In this document: positions 1-13,186 of the stretch, piece after piece
Numbering within the stretch: the first letter of the stretch is position 1
Layout of the letters: every line of letters begins with the position of its first letter
Assembly (NCBI GenBank): GCA_030704615.1
Contig: CM060731.1
Span: 21,638,001-21,702,000, forward strand
DNA from: Takakia lepidozioides
Taxonomy: Eukaryota; Plantae; Bryophyta
Length of the DNA: 64,000 nucleotides
Direction of reading: 5' to 3'
Translations under genes and position numbers: made by a program
Notes under the pieces: generated by a model
What the model was told of the DNA's origin: nothing
Seen by the model: only the letters and a program-made list of their open reading frames with translations
The model's database searches: none

Positions 1-1561
1 CTTCCAAAGCTCGCAGACTGCTGCGATCGAGGAAATCTCGGCCACATTCCTCTACATATAGAAAACCATGTTCAGGTCAGTCAACATCGCCTCACTAGGC
101 GGAGTTCCAACTGTGCCGTCTTGTCTTCCGGAGCACCCACATAGGTAGTTGCGCTGTTGGCCAAGGGCCAATTTACCTGAAACACCCACACGCGCACCAG
201 AAACAAAAATTTTCATCATTCCTATTAATTATAACACGTTTTTGGCTGCAACAGTGCCCAGTAAACATCTGCTCCTGTGCAGCAATACAATATACATATG
301 ACGCACGTACTGTCCCAACAGAGGCCTCACTGCACTAAACAACTGTTGCCTGCAGCCCTTGTGAAGTTCTGTCCCACCACACAACAGATACAAGAATCAG
401 AAACAAAAGTGAAGTATCATACTGCCTTTTCTATAGCAAAAATGGCAACTCATGACGTCCAGTATGAGTCAGGTGCCTATCACAGCAAATGATCGGGAGT
501 GGCTGCAAGTCGTTAGAGACAAGTATACCCAGTGGGCCCATTGCAAGTCGGCAACCACCGAACACAATCAGGATCTGTCGTCTCGCATCTTCCATGCGAG
601 ACGGAGACAGAGAGAGAGAGAGCCTCCGCGAAGCCACTTGTTGAGGTCTTAGAGACTCAGGGAAACAACGAGACGGACTCGGGAAGCTGACAAACACCGA
701 AAATAAAATAAAACAGACGACAAAAAGAAATTGTCACCCGTTAACAAACGGAGAGAAAAGGTGAGCCTGCCGGCAACTGCCACCTTTTTATGAAAAGGTG
801 CGCCTCTCGACGAGGATGTTGGGTCAAGAAAACCGGCCGGTCAAAGAGACCGCGTGGATACTGGAACCCGTGATGTTATCTGACCGATGGACCCGTGAGA
901 TACGTGTTCGATAGCAGACCGGGGAAAGCTTCCTAGTGGTTAGGGCTAATCGCGGCGTAAGTGGGAACTTGTAATATATGGATCACGGGTCGTCTTCGTC
1001 TTGGTCGAGCTCGGGTGTGGCGGAGCGTGTGGGGCCCTGTCGTCTTCTGCAAGCGCTTTCCTACAGCGACGAAGCTTGCAGGTTTCCTTTGGCCGCTTCA
1101 GCAGAGTTCCGTGTGGGGCTTTGCAAGAGTAGGGAGATTGAGGACTGGGTTGTCGAGGGATACTTGATTTGGGCCAGATCTCTTATTTGAGTCGGTGGGT
1201 CGTGAGTCGCATAGAACCTCGAATGTTTCCTCGCAATTCTGCTGTCCGTGTTGTGATTTCCTTCCTGGGAGTCTCAGTTGGCAGGCTGAAGGCGTCGGAA
1301 TACTTGTAGTTTGGTTCTTCTCCCCTTTCTTATTTCATGTGTTCTGGCATTGGAAGAGAGGGAAGATAGAGGAGTTGTAATGCTGAAGAGTTAACTTGTT
1401 TTTCTGAGAACTGATTGGTTTTTTTCAACTGAAGTATCTCACATTGTGACAAAAGAGGAATTTGATCACTCGATAGGATCCAGGAAGGTTGGCATACTCA
1501 GAGAGAATCGGAGGCACAGGAGAAGGCAGGGGAATCGCACAACATTCATGAACTGAAAGAA

Positions 1562-4485
1562 ATGCAGATGAAGCCTAGTTCAGCAAGAAGCTCGCAGCGC
1601 GCCCAAAACCCGTTTTATTCCTCGGACGAGGAAGAACCTTCCACATCTGCCAAGGGCTCACGGAGCTCAAACCCCTTTGACGATCAGGTAGCCTCTCATA
1701 CCAAGCAGGGCAAAGGATCCAATCGAGAACAGTTCCACATGCCTAGATTCCACAGCGCGGGCACCGTTGAGTCCCGCAATCCATTTGATGATGAAGATGG
1801 GTTAGCTTCCTCCAAGCCGCCGAGGCGCAATAGTCTTGGTGTCTTCGATAGGAAATCGCTCTTTGAGGATGAGGATGACAGGAGGCCCAATTCAAAGGCA
1901 GGGACCAAAGCTAGTGGTCCTCGCCCTGTGAAAGACCGAGGGGGTTCGTCTTCTTCAGCCAATGCTCTTGTTTCCAGATCTCACGCCGATTCAAAGCAGC
2001 AAAGTGGGCTTCAATCAAGGGAGGAGCTATTTGTTTATGGGGATTCCGGTCTCAAGAGTGAAGGGAATGGTCTTTATGGTTCCAGTGAGCCTGATGCCTA
2101 TGTCAACCAGGCTGTCCAAGACTTGGAGCAGCACGCACTCAAGAAATCGCGGGAGACTACGTCCGCCATCAAGCATTGCTTGAAGGTTGCCGAAGACACA
2201 AGGGGCATGGCGATCACGACACTCTCTACGCTCCATGAGCAGGGCATTCAGATTGAGCGCACTCACGAGGCTGCAGTCGCCATTGACCAGCATCTTAGCA
2301 GGGTATGGGTCTGACCTTGAGGGAGGGAGGAGGGAGGGGGTAGATACTAATTTCCGATGTTAAGAAGCACAAAATTTGAGAAGCATTGCCACTTTGATCT
2401 CCCCCCATCCCTCTCTCCTGCCCCTACCCTTTCCATCAGAACAAATCCCTGTAAAAGTTTACAAGGTTTCCCACCTGTTCTGCCTCATTGACATTGGAAC
2501 TGTAGTGTAGGAAGCAAATTCAATGTGATACATCGTCTACTTGCTCTCGTCAACTCGTAGCGTTTTTGGCATGTCGAAGTGGGTGGTCTGATAAGAAATG
2601 TGTCACGTTGTATTCACAGGGAGAGAAGCTTTTGGGAAGCCTTGGGGGAGTATTTTCGAAGAATTGGAAACCCAAGAAAACTCGGAAGATCACTGGACCT
2701 GTGATTGGCCGAGGTACTTAGCCATGCTCTTATCTATCTCTGGCTGACCCTCACACCTTCCTCCCTCCCTCCTCATTTTGGATACAGCTTTGTGTTTTAT
2801 CTAAATAAGGTTGATTTGCTGGCTAACTGCCAGCTTGTAGTGAAGCCCAGGGATGGTAAGCCTGGTACATACACCTCTGTATGTGAGCTATAAAGTTGCA
2901 TTCTTTGACGTCTCATGTCATTTCTAGTTGCAGTGAAGCCCCTTGTGTATGTCAGAACCTTATAGAGGCTTCCGTGATGTTTGCCACCATGAAGCTCAGG
3001 CATCCATTGATATCCTGCCCAGGGCGTACTACTGTATAGCTGGTATCCCTTTGGCGTATGCTAATGGAGCATTTCTTCCTGATGTGGTTGAACTTATTTG
3101 TTAGAACACAAGGACTTCCCAGTATACTTAGTAGAAAAGAGTGACGGTTGTTAGAACAAATATAGCCTTCAGTGCCTTCTTGGCCAATTTGTTAAGGCTA
3201 CTGCCTCCTTTAGTGGGCTACTTTCAATGCAGCGTCCAATGTGTTTTTGCTACCTGATGCTTTCCTTAGCCAGTCAGAAATCTTAGGTGGTGGTGCAGTC
3301 TTCCAAGTGAATTCAGTTAACTCCAAATCACTCACATTTCAGGAAGATCCGACCTGCGGACTCATTTCAAAACAGTCGATTTACATTTTTCATGTGACTG
3401 GATCAGCAGGTGATGGAGCAGCGAGAGAGGCCACCGCAGCAGAACGGGCAGCCTTGGGCATTACCACAAGCCAAGACCATGTGGACACCAAAGCCCTCCA
3501 AAAGGGGGGAATGCAGGGGCAATCTGGGGTACAAGGACAATTGGAGGTAACCTCTTCCTTTCTTTTATTGATCCCCTCTAGTATGAAGTTGCATAGTTTA
3601 CAAATCCCACATTACTCACAAGGCTGGGATGAATAGTAACCCATCAATGTTTAATGCTACGATATTGACATGTTAGAGTCCGAAATGGACAAGGCATTTG
3701 TATGAAGTGACCTGATAGCCTCCCTCATGTTATTTCGAAACTGTTCACTTACCACAGCTCACTCCCTTTCGACACTAGGGGCAGTGTCCCTTCCCATTTC
3801 AATTGTTATATTGTGAAGGCCATCAATGTTGAAGTATATATTCCTGTTGTGGTCCTGTCTTTAAACTTCTATGGATTGTATCAATGAAACAGATGGAGAA
3901 GAAATGGCAGGATGATTCGTTGGGAGATTTGAGCAATGTGTTAGGGCAACTGAAGGAGATGTCCCTTGATATGGGCACTGAAATCCAGCGGTATACACCT
4001 TTTCTGAACAGTTTTTAGTGTAGCCAATAGTACTTGGCCACTGGGATTTCCTCTCACGATTGCATCAATATCACTACTAGGAAATGATATTTCGCTCTCT
4101 CTCTCTTGCTCACCCTCACTCTCTTTCTACTGGAGAGCAGTTGAAGTAGAACTCAGTTTTGCAGAGAAGATGCTGAACAACGTGGATGTCAGTTCCTATA
4201 TGAAAGACTTAATCAGATTGGCTGGGTTATTTCCGACACCACCTGTCACAGAAATAGCCACCAATAGCAACTTGTTCAGGCCTAGAAGTCTCCTCTTGTT
4301 CTCCTCCTGCCCCAAAGCTGTGTTCTCTGGTAGTACAGTTACTCACCTCCTAGTATGTTGACTAACTCGCATGCTGTGTGTGCAGGCAAAGTGGGGGGCT
4401 AGACCACCTTCATGATGATATCCAGGAGCTCAACTCCAGAGTCCAGAGGGCGAATGAACGTGGTCGCCGGTTGCTTAAAAGATGA
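1562..4485 (+). CDS. SNAP33: SNAP25-family Qbc-SNARE (SNAP33-like), 5 coding exons: 1562-2302, 2620-2713, 3410-3546, 3893-3990, 4386-4485
   Basis: N-terminus has NPF repeats (NPFD). First SNARE motif CLKVAEDTRGMAITTLSTLHEQGIQIERTH continues across GT-AG introns into GEKLLGSLGGVFSKNWKPKKTRKITGP. Second SNARE motif QDDSLGDLSNVLGQLKEMSLDMGTEIQRQ...LHDDIQELNSRVQRANERGRRLL ends at a stop. All splice phases are consistent. Confidence 0.93.
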
Positions 4486-6802
4486 CATCTTCAGATTTTT
4501 TCTCATGTCTGGCTTCAGTTGGATGGGTTAAACTTTCAACTGTGTCATAGAGCTCGGCTTCCCTGTTGCATTCATTTTAGGGCAATTAACAGATTTTTTA
4601 CCATGCAAAGGAGACATTTTCGTCAGATCATGAACGTTGTGTTGTTGCAGCCCATGTAGCTTGCCAAGTCATGTTTGCTGCATTGGTTCAATGCAGACTT
4701 CACCAAATCGTTATGTGATTAATATTTATTGACACACTCAATTGACTGGGCAGTTGCCTCTGGGTGTTGTCATTGTCAGAAATTGTTATGTGACCTCTTG
4801 CTGTTCAGGAGATTCCAGAGAAAAGAATAACATCCATGGGAAGCTCAAATAGCTTGGGAGACAAAGGAAGATAGAAAACGAAACAGAAAAGTTGGGCTCC
4901 CAACAAACTACAACCATAACACTACAATTTTACTTCAAGGGATTCTCTAAGGTGTAGAGATACTGTAAGGCATCTCTGATTTTAGTATTTGAACACCATG
5001 GAGTGGCTGTCTCTAAAAAGACCAAAGTAGCACCCTAGATTGTAAAGAGAATAATTTACTACAGTCCACAAGGTAGAAATTGGATTCACCTGCTGTAGCT
5101 TTGTGTGCTAGGATGCAGTGCTCGTGTGGATGGTGCAAGACAGGAGAGCCATGAATGGGAACAGGGATACTACATTTGGAGACATTCCTCAACTGCTTGC
5201 CTTGAGAAGTTCATTTTGACATTCTTGGAAGAAATCTTGCAATGACATAAATTTGAGTTGAAAGGCATACCCATCATTTAGGCCCACACGTTGGAGCTTT
5301 CAGCTGTTTTAAGCCTATCATCGTGATGGAGAAAAGATACAGTAACAGCCAGTCTCCATTTGACCTTCCTTCTCAAGAAACTGAAAGAAAAGTCATTCTC
5401 CCTATCTCTCAGTACAGAAGATGGTAGCCCTCCTTTTGTATGTTGCCCATCTGTTAGACCTCTATGTTGCCATTTGAGTGCCTCTTGAGCATCGATGGTT
5501 TTGAGCTTAAGAGTGCATATGTGCCTACTGCCTACCTTCAGCTCAGTCGCCTGTAAGTTGCATTTCCTCTGCAGCGTCAACTATCTTGGCATTCATGTCC
5601 TCCACTGTCATCTTCATGGGGTAGAAAGATAAGGTTTGTTTAGAGTCCAGCAAATTGGGATGTGATTATACTTACTTCAGCGTCTTATCTGGCACTTTTA
5701 TTGTATGAACACACCACACCCACACCAACAGGACAACATTGGCAAACTTAGGATCCACACAGAGAAGAAGCACAATGCATCAGACCCAATTGTGCGCCAA
5801 AGCTAGCATTCTTTGCATGCCGCTTGCTGAATTGCAGTACACAAATTGCTGCAGGTGAACATTTCAAAGTAACCCCTGAACCACGCAGATGACAGAGCAT
5901 AACCGTCAGCGTAAACAGGCTTGGCCCGCCTGATGTAAAGAACTTGGCATACCCCTGAATACTAAACAGTGCGGGGCAGACCTACTGTCATACCACCCAA
6001 TTCACCAGTGTAGAATGTCAGTCAGTATTGGAGAAGGCACAATGCATTGGACTAGAAAACAGAGTACTGTGAATAGCCTGCAGATCAAATGTGCCCAGTA
6101 TATGGAATGCTGAGTGCATGTGAGCTTTCCTTGAGCAATTGTAGTAAAACATTGTCCTAGATGTGATCTGGTTATGATTTGGCAAAATTTACACAATTAT
6201 CACGTGCATGGTTATACTCTGTTGAATCATCTAGTCTTGCACCTAATCTGTCAAGATAGCTCTCTCCAATAGATCTCCCCCTCCCATGCCATGATGCCAT
6301 TGGTAGTAATGATGCTGTGGAGAACATACAACAGAACTTATCCCTGGTTATTCCCCTATCATTACTGTCTCTATCTTGGGGCAACATGATTTCCATCAAG
6401 GCAGTACTCATGGCCCAGCAGATGGCACTGATGAGCAACTCATGTCCTCTGAAGAAAACAGGATGGAAGAAATGAAAGGGGCAAAAAGAGGATCTGACAA
6501 CCACAGTATGACATGGATATCAAAGTTGATGGTTAGGAACTCTCTTCCAGACTTTAGTACACAAAACTCTACTCTGCAACAGCAAGTGTTGTCTACATTG
6601 GATAGCTAAAACAAATTCTGAAAACCTCATTCTGAGGAGGTTTGAAAGTGGATAGCCGAATCATCAGTACACTGTTGTATTTTGGAAAATTTGGAAATAA
6701 CCTGAACAACAAGCCATTGCTTAGCTAGTCACTGAGAGGTGATGCACTGGGTTTTAGAGGATTTTGGGGGGGTTCTCATCAGGAGGAGAAGGTGGAAAGA
6801 TC

Positions 6803-8191
6803 CTAGACAAGAGCATCCAACCTTAGTTCGTGGGAGAATGCACTGAAACAGTGATGCCCAGATTTAGGGAAGCAACCCGGAAAACCGGATAAGCATTGCC
6901 AGTAATTTCTTGAAATGTCATACAAAACCCATTGATTCTTTCTTCCGGTTGTAAAACATACAAAGTCGCCTTGCCCGAAGCACCGAACGTGCTCTTTGGC
7001 TTGCCGAAATGTCTGATCGAGCAGCTTCTGTGGCATTCTGACGACTTCAAACCACTCCATTTCCAAGAAATCGAACTGCCATATGCAAACGAGTTCTTTG
7101 ATTGATCTGATGTCCCGCCTATGCTGCACTCCATTTGATAAAACCGCACCCGCAAGAAGGAGGCGGCCTTGTGATTCAACCAAGTTGCAGCCCAAGACTC
7201 CGAGATTAGCAGGCCTTTCCACTGAGTAGAAACTCCATTTCTCTTCTTCTATGTCATAAGCTGATAGCCCACCAGGTGACAAGGCGTAGAGCACTCCACG
7301 ACATACTGTGCTGCTCACAAGCCGTGGACTCTTCTGCGGTGGTATGCATTCAGACGTTGTCCAGGAGTTGGTTTTAGAGTCATACACCTCAGTTTCCGCA
7401 GACTGGCGAAGGAGTGCTCGATCGCCCGATACAAAAACCTTGTAAGACCTCAAGTCTTTGCTGACGAGGACATTGATGAGCACAGGCTGCCGCCGAATGT
7501 GCATCGGAGGGAGCTCTCTCCAGGATTTCGTAACTGGATTGCAGACATAGAGGGTTGTGCCCTCATTACCATTACCTGGGCTTGCAAAACAGAGAAGTCC
7601 GCCTGCCGCAGCTACAAGAGTGTGAGCTCCAGGAGGGAGAAATACGGTTGGTATGTTGTGCCACCTCCTCAGGGTGTGCATGTAGACGGAACATTGCCAA
7701 GGTTCATAGCAGCCACATTTCGACACAATAAAAGAAGGTCCGTGAGAAGGAACTTCAGCATACATCTCAAGAAAGCTCCGAGATACGATGACGGAGTCCC
7801 ACCTTTTGCTGACAGTGCGCAAGCGACATAAGCTTGGAGGAGGCAACCATGCTATGATTCTCTCAAGAATATCGTCAGGCAATCCCTGCCACAATTCGCA
7901 ATCCATATGCGTTGTTAGGACTGGATCGCAGCTAATAGCAGCCCCATCGTCGATGACCGCGAGTACTGTAACTTTTGCGCATACATGTCTACTGTCCAGG
8001 CCCTTCAAATGCATACTCCCGTGTTGAGGTTCTCTCTCTCTGGCGTGACAAAGACAATGCAAAGCATGTTGAGCCTTTTGAAATTTACCCAAGAGAGACT
8101 CGAGTGCCTTACTTAACAAGGCCTTCATGTTCACGACAAATCTGGCTGCATGTGGGCGGTGCCTGTACTTCAATGTGCTTCGGTCAACCAC
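6803..8191 (-). CDS. F-box protein with kelch/beta-propeller C-terminus (single exon; true start probably the ATG near 8130)
   Basis: F-box motif LWQGLPDDILERIIAWLPPPSLCRLRTVSKRW is followed by AAAGGLLCF, LYVCNPVTKSWRELPPM and TEVYDSKTNSW, typical of plant F-box/kelch proteins. Confidence 0.9.
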   Translation of the reverse strand: MVDRSTLKYRHRPHAARFVVNMKALLSKALESLLGKFQKAQHALHCLCHAREREPQHGSMHLKGLDSRHVCAKVTVLAVIDDGAAISCDPVLTTHMDCELWQGLPDDILERIIAWLPPPSLCRLRTVSKRWDSVIVSRSFLEMYAEVPSHGPSFIVSKCGCYEPWQCSVYMHTLRRWHNIPTVFLPPGAHTLVAAAGGLLCFASPGNGNEGTTLYVCNPVTKSWRELPPMHIRRQPVLINVLVSKDLRSYKVFVSGDRALLRQSAETEVYDSKTNSWTTSECIPPQKSPRLVSSTVCRGVLYALSPGGLSAYDIEEEKWSFYSVERPANLGVLGCNLVESQGRLLLAGAVLSNGVQHRRDIRSIKELVCIWQFDFLEMEWFEVVRMPQKLLDQTFRQAKEHVRCFGQGDFVCFTTGRKNQWVLYDISRNYWQCLSGFPGCFPKSGHHCFSAFSHELRLDALV

Positions 8192-10484
8192 CAGGGTACG
8201 TGGATGAAGAACGACAGAGCCCGGCGCAGGAAGAGAAGCAGAGAGTCAAGACAAGGCAAAGGTTATCACTTGGATTTTCACGGATCAGTAATGCGAAGAA
8301 GCGGAACGCTGGCAGATGTAAATTACGCCAACAGAAAGCCTGGAGAGATGGATCGAAATAAGGGAGAGTATACACGTGAAGTTCGACAATCCTTTATCGT
8401 CCTGACGACAGGCACAGAGGGGTGTTACCAGTGACAATTACAATGTAAAGCTTATCCATGAGTCTTGTAGAAAGAAGTACTGGACATGCCCAGGCACATT
8501 GACACAAGAGACAAAACGCTGGAGAGACAATAGAGTGCACAGGACATATCAAAATCTCACTCAAAGAAGAAACGCATATGATAAAAGGAAACTGGCAGAC
8601 GGGGAAGCCCACACTGACACAGTGAGAGATAGTCAACACAACGAATCTCTTTCAACTTTCCACAACTCCGCTAAAATTCCCTTATACAAAGAAGAAATCC
8701 AGTGTCTCGACGACGGAGATATGCCCACGCAGAAACTAACACGAAATGGAGAGACTTGTACCAACGGAACACCTCTTTTCCAAAAGGCCTGCAACCTGAT
8801 ATACACCCTGAACGCAGAAGTGTCGTAATGGAGACTGGACAAACTACTTGACTTCTTTCAGCAACTAGCTCAGAGGATGAGAGGAGGAAGAGGTGACTGT
8901 GGGTAGTGGTGGCCTCATCAGTGGCCGCATGGCAGTCTCAGCACCCTGACCCAGACGGAAAGCTTACGCCCACATAAATAGCACGTAGAGGTACGTAGAC
9001 GTACTAGCCAAATGCGACTGACAGCGAAATGCCAGACACCGAAAGAAGCTCAAAGTTTGGAGCTGCGGACAAGTCCCAGACTGACACACACTGCAGTGCA
9101 GAGGGTGACGAGACCGCGAGAAAGAGAGTCACGAAACTGCAACTGTGGGACACGGGACAAGGCAGGTAAAGTATGGTGAGCGACTCCGAGCAAGCTCAGA
9201 TCCCAGGATCCCAACTGTCAGCTCCTCTGCCAGATGTTGGCCCACATGCAAATGGTTACATGCCCGAATTCCATTTTAGTCAAGACATCTAAGTATCGCA
9301 AAGTCGATACACTTAAAAGTTGCCCACACTCCCGAATCCCAAGGGGCCATCCAGTCCTTGATCCCGGCAAATCGAGACATTCACTCCTGATCCAGTCCTT
9401 CATGCCATGGCAGAAGCGAGACATTTGCCGGGATCGGCAAAAGAAAACATAGCAAAAAAACTAGTTTCTGGGTTATGTTATCGATTCATTCTTTCAACAG
9501 GATTGTTCATCCACTCCCTGCTGTCTTGCTCTTAAACAAGAAGCACCCCGCCAATCTGACATGAACAAATGTCACGCCTTAAGAACATTGCCGCCAGATC
9601 CAAGATTGCAGCGAAAGAACCCAACACCGAAAATTCTGAGTTATGAGCAGTACGTGGGTGGGGTGGGCAATCAATGTGCCTCACTATTCCGTGAGATCGA
9701 GTGCCTTCGTGCATGCAACGATGGACGTGTCTCGAGAAGCGGGCCGAGTTCGTGGTATTGAAAGCGAAAGGGTGATTGGTGCCATGATGTGGCCCAACTG
9801 CGAGTTGCCGAATCAGACCACCTCTCGGCCAAAACATACACAATTTAGGGAGCCCCACACTTTCTTGGCGCCAAAAGCTGTTCACGGCAAAATGTGTAAA
9901 TGTGTGCTATTGGAACTCTAGACAGGGAATGTGCCTGCGGATGGTCACGCCTCGGTATATTTTGTTGTATTCAAGGGACTGTCCCTAAAGAATGAAGGCA
10001 GTGGATTCTGGAAACTTCCAGTCTAAATTCACCACGCTGGGATGCTGATTTCACAAGGTTTTAAACAAATGGAAGTATCTTATATTCAGTATTATGCGAG
10101 GCGAACTTTTACCATGAGACAACTCCAAGTTAATGAAGATGGTTTGTCAGAGGAATAGAGGTGTATGCTAATTGTGCACAAGTATTTGATTCTTCATGAG
10201 GGTGTGAGACAACATGCAGAGGATGACACTTCATGTCTCCCATGGCACTCGAAGTGTGTCGTTCAAGTTCCAGTGTCACCTCACTGAATTTGTTGGGGTT
10301 TCCTAACCACTTAACTACCAGGTTTTTTCTCATTTTTCCAAAGTTGTTAGAGGGGCTCATGTAAACTCTACCCAGCACAAGAATAACGAGGTGGCAGGGT
10401 TAAGAAAAGTGGCTATATAACAGGTGGCACATTTTAACAAGTCCATGTAGGTAATAATAATTTAAAGAAAAGAAAAAGAAAAGT

Positions 10485-11055
10485 ATGACACCTCCTGAAG
10501 GGAGCGTAATTTATGGAGTCACTTCATCGCAAGGGCTACTGCTTCCAGCTGAAAGGTGGACACCTTCATGACAAACCAGACCGTGGTTTGAACCCACAAC
10601 CAAATCCACCGTGGTATGTGCCCATTACCATAGAGCCCACCCCCTGAAAGGAGCAATAACCAGAGGGGGGAAGAGGCTCTTATTTATGCTAGCTTCGGAT
10701 GGCGTCATATATATATATATATATATGCCCACTGGGCTACATGCTGGTTGTCGGCAATAATAATTATATGATGCCTTCCGAAGGAAGCGTAAATTATGGT
10801 GTCTATTGGCTTCTGGAAGGAAGGTGGACACCTTTGTGACACCAATTAACATTTTAACAAGTCCATGTAGGCAATAATAATTATATGACGCCTTCCAAAG
10901 GAAGCGTGACTTATGGTGTCTCTTCACCCCGAAGAGTTACTGGTTTCCGAAAGGAAGGTGGACACGTTTGTGACACCAATTGGTGGATGGAACCCACAAC
11001 CACTTTCCGAGGTGGTATGTGCCCATTACCACTGGGCTACAACTTGGTTGTCCCA
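10485..11055 (-). mobile_element. Cluster of tRNA-derived SINE copies and fragments (same family as 22827-23010)
   Basis: Copies at about 10485-10632 and 10880-11053, with partial copies between, share ATGACGCC..GGAAGCGTAA.TTATGG..GAAGGTGGACAC..GAACCCACAACC..GTGCCCATTACCACTGGGCTAC with the intact copy. Confidence 0.8.
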
Positions 11056-11787
11056 TGTAGGCAAAATCAGGCTGCTAATACTCAAATACTGGAGCTTTCT
11101 TGCGAAGTTTTCGATTTTGTACAAGTAGCTGCCCATTTTCCAGGTAAAAATTTGGCAATTTTTTGCCAGGCAAAAAAGAAAAAAACACTGCCACTTACTC
11201 AACTCCTCTTCCTACAATAGGATAATTTTGGCCTGATTGTGAGCTGTCGCTCCCAGGTGCCAGTTTCCCCTTTTCTTTTTTCTTTTCTTTTCAAAATTTA
11301 AAGAGGGGAAGTAGCCCTCAGTAAAACTTTAAATAAGGGAAGAAAATGAAACCCGTAGGGCCACGAAGCAAACACACCAACAAAGGTGCGGGAAGGAACC
11401 CATAACCACGACACATAGAATAGCCATCACAAAGAACCATAACCATAGCCTTCTTTAAAAAAAATGTTAGAAACAAGCATCTAGTCGTTTATGGCTCCTC
11501 TTTGTGGATAGTGGAATCTACTTTTATCCATATTAAACTTGAAAATTTATCCATTTGTTTTTCATAAGTTGTTCAATAACAAAAATGTTACCGAAGGAAG
11601 GTGTTATCTGGAGAAGGCACATCATGGAAGTAGTTTCCAGCAAAGGAGAGGAGGTGACACCAGGGAAAGGCACGACAAGGGACTTAGCAATTTTTGATGC
11701 GTAGTCTCCTCTTTACAATAAAGAGGAGCCAATAAAAAAATTAATAATTGTCTGCACCTACTATTTGCCACTCTAATGCTCTAATGG

Positions 11788-11965
11788 ACAACCAAGTTGT
11801 AGCAAGTGGTAATGGGCACATACCACCTTGGAAGTGGTTGTGGGTTCAATCCATCTATTGGTGTCACAAAGGTGTCCACTTTCTTACTGGAAGGCAGCCC
11901 TTGGGGGTCAAGAGACACCATAACTTACGTTTCCTTAGAGAGGCGTCATATATTATATATTATTA
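11788..11965 (+). mobile_element. tRNA-derived SINE copy, plus orientation
   Basis: GACAACCAAGTTGTAGCAAGTGG (A box), GGGTTCAATCC (B box) and GAGGCGTCATATATTATATA tail. Confidence 0.75.
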
Positions 11966-12039
11966 TCTGTCTAATGATTTGGAAGTTAGAGCATTCAGTT
12001 AACACTTTCATGCCTTTGATTATGTGACAATTTTACCAC

Positions 12040-12106
12040 CAGTCGGTAGCTCAGTTGGGTAGAGCATTGAGTGCCACCAGGTGACTCTGGGTTCAAATCC
12101 TACTAT
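12040..12106 (+). other. tRNA-like pol III promoter fragment (pseudo-tRNA or head of a second SINE family)
   Basis: GGTAGCTCAGTTGGGTAGAGC (A box/D arm) and GGGTTCAAATCC (B box/T arm), but no convincing acceptor or anticodon stems. A similar head lies on the minus strand at about 13885-13912. Confidence 0.45.
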
Positions 12107-12119
12107 TTTGTCGTGCGTG

Positions 12120-12302
12120 GTATATATATACATATATGTATGTATAGTGACGCCTCTCAAAAGAAGCATAAACTATGGTGTCTCTTGACATTGAAGGGTT
12201 ACCCTTCCGGTAGGAAGGTGGACGACCTTTGTCACACCAATAGGGGGATTGAACCCACAACCACTTCTAAGGTGGGATGTGCCCATTACCAGTGGGTTAT
12301 AA
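12120..12302 (-). mobile_element. SINE copy whose 5-prime head is split by a MITE (remainder at 13187-13203)
   Basis: SINE body reads ...CCCATTACCAGTGGGTTATAA, then an insertion, then GTTATAACTTGGTTGTG, which completes the consensus CCCATTACCACTGGGCTACAACTTGGTTGTC. Confidence 0.7.
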
Positions 12303-13186
12303 AGGCGGTTACCCGCCTGGCCCGGGTAACCGCCGGTTCCGGTTATGTGGAACCGGACCGGAACCGGACCCGCCTGTGCAGAACCGGAACCGGAACCGCT
12401 CATTGGGGATTGTGTGGGAACCGGAACCGGCGGTTCCAGCTACGACCACATGTGTGGGAACCGGCGGTTCCAGCTCCAAAGCGGTTCCGGTTCCGGTCCC
12501 CCCTGGGCTGTAGCCCTAAATGTCTCTAGTACCTACCAAAGCGCTTCTAAGTCCGGTTCTTGGTTCTTGACCCCTTGGTGGGGCTGGTGGGCCCAGGGAA
12601 AAACTTATTTAATGCTCTTAAGCTCCTGAGATCCTGGGTTCAATGCTTGAAGGCCATGAGATTCTATGTTCAATGCTTCAGCGCCATGAGATCTTGGGTT
12701 CAATCTCCAGCTCCATGATATCCTGGCTAAGTTCATTAATAAAATGTTTGAAGATGCCAATACTTGCCAGGTAGCTGAATAGTACTTTCAACCCATAAAA
12801 TTTTACCCATTTTCTTCTACCAGTTTATTTAGAGTATTTTTGTTTTTTTTTTTTGTGTTAGTGAAAACTAACAAAATCGTTGGATTTTAGTTCAAATATG
12901 TGAATACACTGCTATTTAATCTACCGGACTGATAAAATATTTTAAATCTAATTAAATTAAACAAATATATTTTTAAAATAGAACCGGAACCTAACCGGAA
13001 CCGATGGTTTTTATCAGCAACTAACCGGTAACCGGAACCGCCCCCATGTTTAAAAGTTGGATCCGGAACCGGACCGGAACCGGCTCAATAAAAAAAAACC
13101 GGAACCGGATCCGGAACCGTCTCTTGAAATAATTTTGGAACCGGAACCGAAGGTTCCTTCACAAATGCAAGAACCGCCCAACACTG
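12303..13186. mobile_element. Non-autonomous hAT-like element (MITE) with (AACCGG)n subterminal repeats
   Basis: Right end AACCGCCCAACACTG (reverse complement CAGTGTTGGGCGGTT); left end eroded to GGCGGTT; GTTATAA duplicated on both sides (7 of an 8-bp TSD); dense GGAACC/AACCGG repeats near both ends. Confidence 0.7.

Noticed and set aside
1-697. Possible 5-prime exons of a minus-strand gene divergent from the SNARE gene
   Set aside because: Splice-like signals exist, but no frame gave a recognisable protein and the window edge truncates it.
12040-12106. Functional tRNA gene
   Set aside because: A and B boxes are present but a full cloverleaf cannot be formed. The same holds for B-box-like motifs at 45580-45790.
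12071-12629. Several 76-152 aa ORFs rich in G, T, P, E and R
   Set aside because: They are translations of the (AACCGG)n MITE repeats and SINE sequence.
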